Notes: a model not told the origin generated them from the sequence alone. 10,244 nt of DNA from Bacteroidia bacterium (GCA_026391215.1 JAPLDX010000008.1:1-10244), one strand, 5' to 3'. Counted from the first letter of the stretch, positions 1-6,905 are shown. Translations and numbers: made by a program.

Positions 1-132
1 TTCGATACTCTGGCAGAGATGAAAGAGGAGTTATTACAATATATGTATTACTATAATCATGAAAGGCCTCACCAGGGTATAAATGGATTAACTCCTGCCA
101 AATTTTTGGAAAACTGTCCTCGAATTACTTAA
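1..132 (+). CDS. Transposase C-terminal fragment (integrase core, IS481/IS3-like), 5'-truncated by the window edge
   Basis: Frame 1 is open from base 1 to TAA at 130-132: FDTLAEMKEELLQYMYYYNHERPHQGINGLTPAKFLENCPRIT*. YYYNHERPHQGINGLTP matches the YNxxRPHxxLxxxTP motif at the C-terminus of IS3/IS481 DDE transposases. Not in the ORF track. Confidence 0.85.
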   Translation, partial: FDTLAEMKEELLQYMYYYNHERPHQGINGLTPAKFLENCPRIT

Positions 133-140
133 CATCTACA
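1..140 (+). mobile_element. Right end of an insertion sequence, probably IS481 family
   Basis: The transposase stop is followed within 8 bp by ...CATCTACA (ends at 140). On the minus strand the end reads TGTAGATGTTAAGTAATTCGAGGACAG, i.e. a 5'-TGT terminus typical of IS481-family IRs, overlapping the stop codon. The left IR is outside the window. Confidence 0.65.
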
Positions 141-182
141 ATTCCGAGTCCCGATCCCGAGTACTCGGGAGGGACGAGGAAT
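141..182. repeat. REP-like palindromic hairpin
   Basis: Perfect 16-bp palindrome TCCCGAGTACTCGGGA (155-170), flanked by GTCCC/GGGAC (148-152/171-175) and ATTCC/GGAAT (141-145/178-182). Lies between the IS end and the radical SAM stop codon. Confidence 0.7.
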
Positions 183-209
183 CCCCCAGGATTCCAGTAA
201 CCCTCTCAA

Positions 210-1184
210 TCAGTACCTGACACCTCTGAGTCCCGATGTACAATTCCTGCATATATCCGTCATATATCGGCCGGAAAGTATGCTTTTCCTGAATATCCTG
301 AATTTCGGACCATTCCAGATGTCCCTGAATGTGTCTTCATTAATGTCGCCCATTATATGTTCAGCATCTTTATCGAAGCAGCAGGGGATCACCATCCCGT
401 CCCAGGTTATCACCGGATTGAACCATAATCTGGCACATCTGTCAGGAAACGGATTCTTTAATGAGTATTCCCCGTTCTTCTTTTCATATCTCGATAATCT
501 GTGACCCGAAGGAATCCTGGTTTCAAAATTTTCTGTATTGATGATCTGCATTGATTTCAATCTGAAAGAGGCTTTCATTTCCCCTGCAAAATTCCTTGCA
601 CTTTGTACCTGATGTTCATTTTCCCTGCATACAAGAAACTGTATTTTCAGTCGTAATGGGGAGGAAGCCTTTTTCTTTGCTTCGTATACGTTTTTAATAC
701 CCTGCATGACAGCAGCAAGCTCCCCGTTAATCCTGTATGAGGCATAAGTTTCCTGATCCATGCCGTCAAGGGATACTATCAGCCTGTTTAATCCTGAACT
801 TACTAGTTTATCAGCATTCTCCTCTGAAAGAAAATGTCCGTTTGTTGAAACTATTGTATTGATATTCAGCGATTTTTTAAGAAAGGAAAAAAACCGGGGG
901 TGCATCATTGATTCACCCTGGAAATTAAGTGTTACATAATAAAGGTAAGGCTTAAGTTCGGATAAGATTTTATCAAACAGCTTCAAATCCATAAATCCCT
1001 TTTTTCTTATCATCAGACCCGAACCGGTACTGCACTCAGGACACTTCAAATTGCAATTGTTCGTCAGCTCTACTCCGATGGCAGGTGGCATTCCATATGC
1101 TACAGCTTTTCCCGTAAGTGAGCTGTATATATAAGAATATCCTGCGAGCAATGCATTAACTGGCTTAACGAACGGACTTATCAT
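210..1184 (-). CDS. Radical SAM protein with C-terminal SPASM/Twitch-type domain
   Basis: 324 aa. CxxxCxxC motif (ELTNNCNLKCPEC), a GES motif, STNG, and VSLDG. The C-terminal CARLW...ITWDGMVIPCCFD...GDI...IWNG...FR...ICRNC is a SPASM-like auxiliary cluster region. Confidence 0.9.
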   Translation of the reverse strand: MISPFVKPVNALLAGYSYIYSSLTGKAVAYGMPPAIGVELTNNCNLKCPECSTGSGLMIRKKGFMDLKLFDKILSELKPYLYYVTLNFQGESMMHPRFFSFLKKSLNINTIVSTNGHFLSEENADKLVSSGLNRLIVSLDGMDQETYASYRINGELAAVMQGIKNVYEAKKKASSPLRLKIQFLVCRENEHQVQSARNFAGEMKASFRLKSMQIINTENFETRIPSGHRLSRYEKKNGEYSLKNPFPDRCARLWFNPVITWDGMVIPCCFDKDAEHIMGDINEDTFRDIWNGPKFRIFRKSILSGRYMTDICRNCTSGLRGVRY

Positions 1185-1236
1185 TAAAGTGAATATAGTA
1201 ATGAAGTAAGATATAAAATATTTTCAAGGAAAAATA

Positions 1237-1264
1237 TAGGGTTTTGCGGCATAGTTCAGGTCTT
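1237..1264 (+). promoter_or_regulatory. Candidate ECF-sigma promoter for the four-gene operon
   Basis: TAGGG (1237-1241), an 18-nt spacer, then GTCTT (1260-1264), preceded by an A-tract. Resembles the GGG...GT(C) bipartite motif I recall upstream of genes in Bacteroidota FecI-like ECF loci. No TAnnTTTG box is seen upstream of this operon. Confidence 0.45.
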
Positions 1265-1320
1265 AAGATTGAAAACAAAGAAGATTTACGAAATAAATGA
1301 ATAACCAAATTAAAAATGCC

Positions 1321-2628
1321 ATGAAAACACTTAGAAACATTTCGCTTTATGCAGTGATCGTTTTGCTGGCTTTCACATTTCAGACAGTGTCCGGAAGTGG
1401 TTCCGGCGAAAGGAAGAAAGGTGACCAGCAGACTTACCTTACCCTGAAGGGAAAGGTTGTTGATGCTGAAACAGGTATTCCTCTTGTCTTTGCAACTGTT
1501 TCCGTTTCGGAATCCAATGTTGCGGTTGTAACAAATATTGACGGGGAATTCACTTTAAAGATCGGGGAAGTTCTTGTTTCGAAAAACCTTGAGATCTCAT
1601 ACCTGGGATATAAGAACCAGGTTATTGCCATCAATTCAATGCGTGACAATGGTTACAAAAACATGATCCGTATGGAAACTGCTCCTATTCCGATTAAAGA
1701 GATCATTGTCAAACCATTGGATCCTGATGCAATAGTAGAAAAAGCTATAGGCCGGATCGGTAAGAACTATGAGAGTGTTCCGAATCTGATGACAGCCTTT
1801 TACAGGGAGACAATACGGAAAAACCGTTCATATGTTTCCATAGGTGAAGCCGTTGTTGAAATATTCAAAGCACCTTATGCAAATGATATTAGGTTTGACG
1901 GCACACGCATCTATAAAGGAAGAAAGAATTCAGATGTTGAAAAAGTTGATACACTCCTGTTTAAACTTCAGGGAGGTACAACAAGTGTACTTCAGCTTGA
2001 TATTGCTAAGAACACTGAGGCAATTCTTACATCGGAGTCAATGAAGTATTATGACTATTCACTCTCAAATGTCATTGAAATAGATGGCAGACCGCATTAT
2101 GTAATTGACTTCGTACAAAAACCTTCAGTTGATGAACCCCTTTTTATGGGAAGCCTTTATATTGAAATGGATTCATATGCAATTACTGAAGCTGAATTTG
2201 GTTTTAACCTTTCAAACAAGGAAGCTGCTTCCTCGATGTTCATAAGGAAAAAACCGCTTGGAGTTGATGTAACTCCTGAAATTGCAACTTACCGCACAAA
2301 GTATCGCGAACAGGACGGAAAATGGTATTTTGCATATTCCAGGGCTGAAGTAAAATTCAAGGTCGATTGGAAGAAGAAACTTTTCCATACCTACTACACT
2401 ACAATGTCAGAAATAGCCGTTACTGATCGTACTGCCGAAGAAGTTATTAAATTTGCAGGAAAAGAGAAGCTGAAATATACTGATGTATTTTCTGAAAAAG
2501 TAAGCTCATTTGTTGATCCGGATTTCTGGGGAGAATATAATGTAATTGAACCCGACCAGAGCATAGAATCGGCAATCCGCAGACTTAGCAGAAAGCTGAA
2601 ATTCAGCGACAGGGAAGGTCAGGAATAA
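1321..2628 (+). CDS. Exported protein with carboxypeptidase-regulatory-like domain (CarbopepD_reg_2) and an uncharacterised beta-rich C-terminal domain; STN-less paralog
   Basis: Signal peptide MKTLRNISLYAVIVLLAFTFQTVSG (alternative ATG at 1297). LKGKVVDAETGIPLVFATVSV...VTNIDGEFTL...ISYLGY is a typical CarbopepD_reg_2 pattern. The C-terminal domain carries FYRE and DPDFW motifs. Colinear paralog of 4185..5744. Confidence 0.85.
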   Translation: MKTLRNISLYAVIVLLAFTFQTVSGSGSGERKKGDQQTYLTLKGKVVDAETGIPLVFATVSVSESNVAVVTNIDGEFTLKIGEVLVSKNLEISYLGYKNQVIAINSMRDNGYKNMIRMETAPIPIKEIIVKPLDPDAIVEKAIGRIGKNYESVPNLMTAFYRETIRKNRSYVSIGEAVVEIFKAPYANDIRFDGTRIYKGRKNSDVEKVDTLLFKLQGGTTSVLQLDIAKNTEAILTSESMKYYDYSLSNVIEIDGRPHYVIDFVQKPSVDEPLFMGSLYIEMDSYAITEAEFGFNLSNKEAASSMFIRKKPLGVDVTPEIATYRTKYREQDGKWYFAYSRAEVKFKVDWKKKLFHTYYTTMSEIAVTDRTAEEVIKFAGKEKLKYTDVFSEKVSSFVDPDFWGEYNVIEPDQSIESAIRRLSRKLKFSDREGQE

Positions 2629-2637
2629 AAAAGATTT

Positions 2638-3171
2638 ATGATCGGGGACAGTGAAATAGTAAGGAGGATCCGACAAGGTGATACAGGACAGTTTGAGTCA
2701 CTTTTCAGATCCTCCTATGTTTCACTGGTCCGATACGCAAAAACTCTTGTTAAAGATCACGATACAGCCGAAGAAATAGTCCAGGACCTTTTCTTCAGGT
2801 TATGGCAGGATAAGGAAAAAATTGAAATTGAAAGTTCTTTGAATGGTTATCTCTTCAGGGCGGTCCACAACCGTTGCCTGCATTGGATTGAACATAGCAG
2901 GGTGGTTGAGAAACATGCTCAGGAGATGGCATACAAACAGACTGAAAACTATGAAGATCCGTCAAAGATTATCCAATACAAAGAGCTTCAGTCAAAAATT
3001 GCGAAGATACTTGCCCGGCTGCCTGAAAGATGCGGCAAGATCTTTTGCATGAACAGGTTTGAAGGATTGAAATACGCTGAAATTGCTGATATCCTGTCTG
3101 TCTCAATTAAAACAGTAGAGGCAAACATGGGAAAGGCGCTGAAAGAATTCAGAAAAGCATTAACAGAATAA
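2638..3171 (+). CDS. RNA polymerase ECF sigma-70 factor (FecI-like, Bacteroidota type)
   Basis: 177 aa. Region 2: FESLFRSSY...AEEIVQDLFFRLW...YLFRAVHNRCL. Region 4: LPERCGKIFCMNRFEGLKYAEIADILSVSIKTVEANMGKALK. Starts 9 bp after the upstream gene and overlaps the FecR gene by 1 base. Confidence 0.95.
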   Translation: MIGDSEIVRRIRQGDTGQFESLFRSSYVSLVRYAKTLVKDHDTAEEIVQDLFFRLWQDKEKIEIESSLNGYLFRAVHNRCLHWIEHSRVVEKHAQEMAYKQTENYEDPSKIIQYKELQSKIAKILARLPERCGKIFCMNRFEGLKYAEIADILSVSIKTVEANMGKALKEFRKALTE

Positions 3172-4169
3172 TGAAAGAGAAAATGAATACAGAGAAATTT
3201 ACCGACAGAGACTGGGAAGAACTAGCTGCAGCCCTGTCAGAAGAAAAGGGAGGACAGTCAGAACTGCTTGAAAAGTTTCTGTCTGAAGACGGGCAAAATA
3301 CAGGTGAGTTATGGAAAAAGCTGAGAGATATGAATGATGACAGGGAAATAAATGTTGATAAAGCATGGGATAAAGTTTATACCAGGCTTAATGAATCAGG
3401 GACAATGACCAGGAAAGCTCCGGCCAGGATTCTTTTCATTAGAAGCCGCTTTATGAAAATTGCTGCAGCAGCTCTTATTCTTCTCAGCCTTGGCATAGTT
3501 TCTGTCTATGTCGGCACCCAAAACAGAATGATCGTTGTTGCTACTGCTGATGATCAGAAAAATCTCGAGGTAGCACTTCCCGATGGAAGCACCGTTATCC
3601 TGAACAGGAATACAGAATTAAGCTATCGGGCAAATTTTGGAAAATCAGCCAGGAATGTCTCTCTTTCAGGCGAAGCATTTTTTGAAGTCGCTCCCAATGC
3701 TGAAAAACCGTTTACTGTTGATGCTGGAAGAGCCAGTGTAAAGGTTGTCGGGACATCCTTCAATGTAATAACAAATAATCCTGATTCTGCTGTTGAAGTT
3801 TATGTTGAAACCGGTAAGGTATTGCTCTCCGGCATTAATGGAACAAGCAATATTATGCTCGATCCCGGTTATATAGGGATCATGGATACAGAACTTACAG
3901 GGAAAACACTTAATGACAATCCTAATTATATGTCATGGAAAACAGGAGTGCTGATCTATAACGGACAAATACTGGATGTCGTTTTCAGGGATCTTAAGCG
4001 GATTTATAATATGAATATAGTTGCCGATGATCCTGAAATCAGCAGTCTGCCATGGGTTTCCCCGCCTATTGATAACCAATCCCAGGAAACAATAATTAAA
4101 TTAATTTGTGGTAGCTTTACATTGAGTTATTCAAAAGATGGTAATGTTTATCATCTTGCTAAAAAATGA
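3171..4169 (+). CDS. FecR-family anti-sigma factor
   Basis: N-terminal anti-sigma region (VDKAWDKV) and a single TM segment (IAAAALILLSLGIVSVYVG). FecR domain LPDGSTVILN...RNVSLSGEAFFEV...PFTV...VKVVGTSFNV retains the conserved GT dipeptide (3750-3755). C-terminal SWKTGVLIY...LKRIY is DUF4974-like. TAATG coupling with the sigma gene. Confidence 0.93.
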   Translation: MKEKMNTEKFTDRDWEELAAALSEEKGGQSELLEKFLSEDGQNTGELWKKLRDMNDDREINVDKAWDKVYTRLNESGTMTRKAPARILFIRSRFMKIAAAALILLSLGIVSVYVGTQNRMIVVATADDQKNLEVALPDGSTVILNRNTELSYRANFGKSARNVSLSGEAFFEVAPNAEKPFTVDAGRASVKVVGTSFNVITNNPDSAVEVYVETGKVLLSGINGTSNIMLDPGYIGIMDTELTGKTLNDNPNYMSWKTGVLIYNGQILDVVFRDLKRIYNMNIVADDPEISSLPWVSPPIDNQSQETIIKLICGSFTLSYSKDGNVYHLAKK

Positions 4170-4184
4170 CTCACAAACTGAAAG

Positions 4185-5744
4185 ATGCTGTTCTTCAATG
4201 GCTTAGAATATAAAAGAATATCGGCCATTGCTTTATTTATCCTGTTGATCCAATGGCAGACAACTAAATGCCAGAGTGGCATTCTTGATTCTGCATTCAC
4301 CTTCAGGGCAGGTTCAGTTAAAACAAGCAATGCCCTGAACCTTATTACACGGCAGACAGGTTATTATTTCACTTATGACAGCAGGCTTGTAGATCCCGAA
4401 AAAAAGACTGAAATGACATTCTCCGGCATTAAGCTGCATGTCATACTTAACAGCATCCTTCAGAATGATTCTCTGGAATTTTCGATAATCGATAAATATA
4501 TTATCATTTCAAAAGTCATTCCTCCTCCCGTTACAAAAATCGATTCTCTGCCTGCCTTTGAACTAAACCATATTTCAGGGATAATAATTGATCAGGTAAC
4601 AGGTGATCCCCTGCCATTTGCGACGATAGGACTGAAAGACAAAGGAAGAGGAACCGTAACAAACAGCAATGGAGAGTTTGGATTGAGAATCACCCCTGAT
4701 TGTCTTGATGATACGCTTTCTGTGTCATATCTTGGATTTATCGGCAGGGAGATCCCGGTCAGACATTCACTTGGCAATAATTTCAGGATAACAATGGTAA
4801 GGGAATATATACCAATTCCTGAAATAGTTATAAGGACGCAGAGTCCGCAGGAAATTATTTATAAGACAGTTGCGGCGATACCCCGTAATTATGGAACCTC
4901 CCCGGCTATACTTACAGGCTTTTACAGGGAAGGCGTTATGAAAAAAGATGAGCTTCAGGTTTATTCCGAAGCCGTTCTTCAGATCTATAAGAGTGCCTAT
5001 TCCGGTTCACTCTTTGGCGACCAGATTAAAGTCTATAAAAGCAGAAAACTGGAAAACAGGGATATTGATGATACGCTGGCCATAAGGCTTAAGGCAGGAT
5101 TAAGCACCTGTCTTGAACTCGATGGGGCAAAACAAATTTTTGATTTCATCGAGAGAGGTACTATGGCTGAATACACCTACAGGATCTCCGATATTGTCAC
5201 TTTTGATGATGAAGCAGCATGGGTTATTGACTTTGAACAGAGGGAAGGTGTTGAAACACCATTATTCCGCGGAAGCATATATATTAATACCGATGATTTT
5301 GCAATACTAAGTGCAGATTTCGAGCTCAACCCCAGGTATATCCATAAACTGAAGGATTCATTCATATTAAGCACATCAAGAGGATATATAACCTGGCCGG
5401 TATCTGTAAAATACATGGTCAGCTACCGTAAAGTCAACAACAGATATTTTCTAAACCACGTCAGGGGAGATCTCGTATTCTTATCAAAGCAAAAGAAAAA
5501 GCTTTTCAACAGCCAGTTCAATGTATTCTTTGAACTTGCCATTACCGGAATGAACATTGAAAATGTCTCCAGATTTGAAAGGGAAGAGCTTGCACCCATC
5601 CATTCGGTATTTTCCAAAATCATTGATAACTATGACCCGGATTTCTGGCAAAACCAGGATTTCCTCAGACCTGAGGATAATCTCCTTCAGGCTCTTAAAA
5701 ATATGAATGTACGGTTACTTGAATTCACCGAAAAACCGGAATAG
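4185..5744 (+). CDS. Exported STN + carboxypeptidase-regulatory-like domain protein with no TonB-dependent barrel
   Basis: Signal peptide, probably cleaved before Q30. STN-like segment at about aa 34-110 (ALNLITRQTGYYFTYDSRLVD...LHVILNSIL...IIDKYIII), then a Pro linker (IPPPV). CarbopepD_reg_2 (ISGIIIDQVTGDPLPFATI...TVTNSNGEF...VSYLGF) is followed by a domain colinear with 1321..2628. Total length only 519 aa. Confidence 0.85.
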   Translation: MLFFNGLEYKRISAIALFILLIQWQTTKCQSGILDSAFTFRAGSVKTSNALNLITRQTGYYFTYDSRLVDPEKKTEMTFSGIKLHVILNSILQNDSLEFSIIDKYIIISKVIPPPVTKIDSLPAFELNHISGIIIDQVTGDPLPFATIGLKDKGRGTVTNSNGEFGLRITPDCLDDTLSVSYLGFIGREIPVRHSLGNNFRITMVREYIPIPEIVIRTQSPQEIIYKTVAAIPRNYGTSPAILTGFYREGVMKKDELQVYSEAVLQIYKSAYSGSLFGDQIKVYKSRKLENRDIDDTLAIRLKAGLSTCLELDGAKQIFDFIERGTMAEYTYRISDIVTFDDEAAWVIDFEQREGVETPLFRGSIYINTDDFAILSADFELNPRYIHKLKDSFILSTSRGYITWPVSVKYMVSYRKVNNRYFLNHVRGDLVFLSKQKKKLFNSQFNVFFELAITGMNIENVSRFEREELAPIHSVFSKIIDNYDPDFWQNQDFLRPEDNLLQALKNMNVRLLEFTEKPE

Positions 5745-5759
5745 TACCAGAAGAGCCTC

Positions 5760-6773
5760 CTAATACTTATTAATAAGCTCATATAATTCAGTCAGATCAG
5801 GCGTAAGTACGATTTCAGTCCTCCTGTTCTTCTGACGTGCATCCGATGTATTGGCCGGATCTACTGGTATATATTCGCTCCGTCCTGCAGCTGTCAGCCT
5901 CTTTGGGTCAATTTTAGATCCTTCGAGCAGGGTTCTGACAACTGTTGTGGCTCTCTTAACGCTGAGATCCCAGTTATCCCTGAGCTGTCCGCTGCCCGGG
6001 TTATAAGGAACGTTATCAGTATGTCCTTCAATCATTATTTGAATATCAGGATTTCTTTCAAGAACACCTGACAGTTTTTTCAGGGCGTTTCTGCCATTTG
6101 CATCAATCTCCCAGCTGGCCGATTTAAACAGCAGTTTTTCATCAAGGGAGACATATACTTTCCCGTTTTTCATTGTGACTGTCAGACCGTTATTTTCGAA
6201 TCCAAGAAGGGCTTCGGAGACTTTGTTTTTAAGGTCCTGGACAATCTTCTTCTGAGCATCGAGAACTTTTTCAAGCTCAAGCATTCTTGCGTTCCTCTTT
6301 TCAAGCTCAAAGGTAAGTTCATCAAGTGAAGCCTTCTTTGTATCAAGGGTTTCTTCAAGCTGCCGCAAAAGATCCTCCTTGGCCTGAAGATTTGCCTGGG
6401 CTGCCTGCAATTCAGCAAGCAGCTTTTGTGTCTCTTTTACATTGCCGCGTATCAGATCTTCCTGGGCATTCTGCAAATCATTGTATTTGGCGGAAATACT
6501 ATTGTACTCCTCAAGAGCTTTATCTCTTTCTGCTTTTACAGATTCAATTTCTTCCCGGGTACCGCTCATGTCTTTTTCAAGAAGGGCAATTTTTGTTTCA
6601 AGCTCCCTGTTTGCCATTTCAAGACTTATATTGTCTGTCTTGAAATCATCTCTTTCATTCATGAATTGCTTGCTGGTATCCTGCAGGCTTTTGAATTTCC
6701 TGCCTGATACACATGATATAGCTGATATTGCCACTAAGAGTACTGCAGAAATCAGGAATAGTTTTCTTTTCAT
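5760..6773 (-). CDS. OmpA/MotB C-terminal-like peptidoglycan-binding lipoprotein with long coiled coil
   Basis: MKRKLFLISAVLLVAISAISC is a lipoprotein signal, so the start at 6773 is preferred over 6809; a -7 box lies at 6798-6805. About 150 aa of E/K/L/Q-rich heptads follow. The C-terminus has LLFKSAS, IEGHTDNVP, NWDLSVKRATTV, AAGRSEY.P and NRRTEI motifs. Confidence 0.9.
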   Translation of the reverse strand: MKRKLFLISAVLLVAISAISCVSGRKFKSLQDTSKQFMNERDDFKTDNISLEMANRELETKIALLEKDMSGTREEIESVKAERDKALEEYNSISAKYNDLQNAQEDLIRGNVKETQKLLAELQAAQANLQAKEDLLRQLEETLDTKKASLDELTFELEKRNARMLELEKVLDAQKKIVQDLKNKVSEALLGFENNGLTVTMKNGKVYVSLDEKLLFKSASWEIDANGRNALKKLSGVLERNPDIQIMIEGHTDNVPYNPGSGQLRDNWDLSVKRATTVVRTLLEGSKIDPKRLTAAGRSEYIPVDPANTSDARQKNRRTEIVLTPDLTELYELINKY

Positions 6774-6797
6774 GGTTGCGAAGTATTTATTATAAAA

Positions 6798-6805
6798 CAA
6801 ATTTA
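6798..6805 (-). promoter_or_regulatory. Bacteroidota primary-sigma -7 box for the OmpA-like gene
   Basis: The minus strand reads TAAATTTG, matching TAnnTTTG, about 25 nt upstream of the ATG at 6773. No clear -33 TTTG. Confidence 0.55.
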
Positions 6806-6897
6806 TCAATAAATTATTGTTTTCTGAACATGCCTGAATGGGGTAAAATTAAGAAATCCCGGCTATGCTTCAGCAAACACCCGGGAATAATAATTGT

Positions 6898-6905
6898 TAT
6901 ATTTG
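6898..6905 (+). promoter_or_regulatory. Bacteroidota primary-sigma -7 box for dxs
   Basis: TATATTTG(C) matches TAnnTTTG and lies 19 nt before the ATG at 6925. It falls inside the longer ORF-track prediction, which argues for the downstream start. Confidence 0.65.

Noticed and set aside
141-209. RiPP precursor peptide for the radical SAM enzyme, or a CRISPR repeat
   Set aside because: No credible small ORF is present, and the hairpin occurs once in the window with no repeat-spacer periodicity.
1321-2628. Carboxypeptidase enzyme
   Set aside because: Only the non-catalytic regulatory-like beta-sandwich is recognisable; I see no convincing peptidase catalytic domain.
4185-5744. SusC/TonB-dependent receptor or a truncated pseudogene of one
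   Set aside because: It shares only the STN and CarbopepD_reg N-terminus. The remainder is intact and colinear with the paralog at 1321..2628 through to the DPDFW C-terminal region, with no plug or barrel features.
5760-6773. Flagellar motor protein MotB
   Set aside because: It has a lipoprotein signal rather than a TM helix with the conserved Asp, and there is no motA or other flagellar gene nearby.
6774-6809. Upstream start for the OmpA-like gene
   Set aside because: It overlaps the -7 box, and the ATG at 6773 gives a canonical lipoprotein signal peptide.
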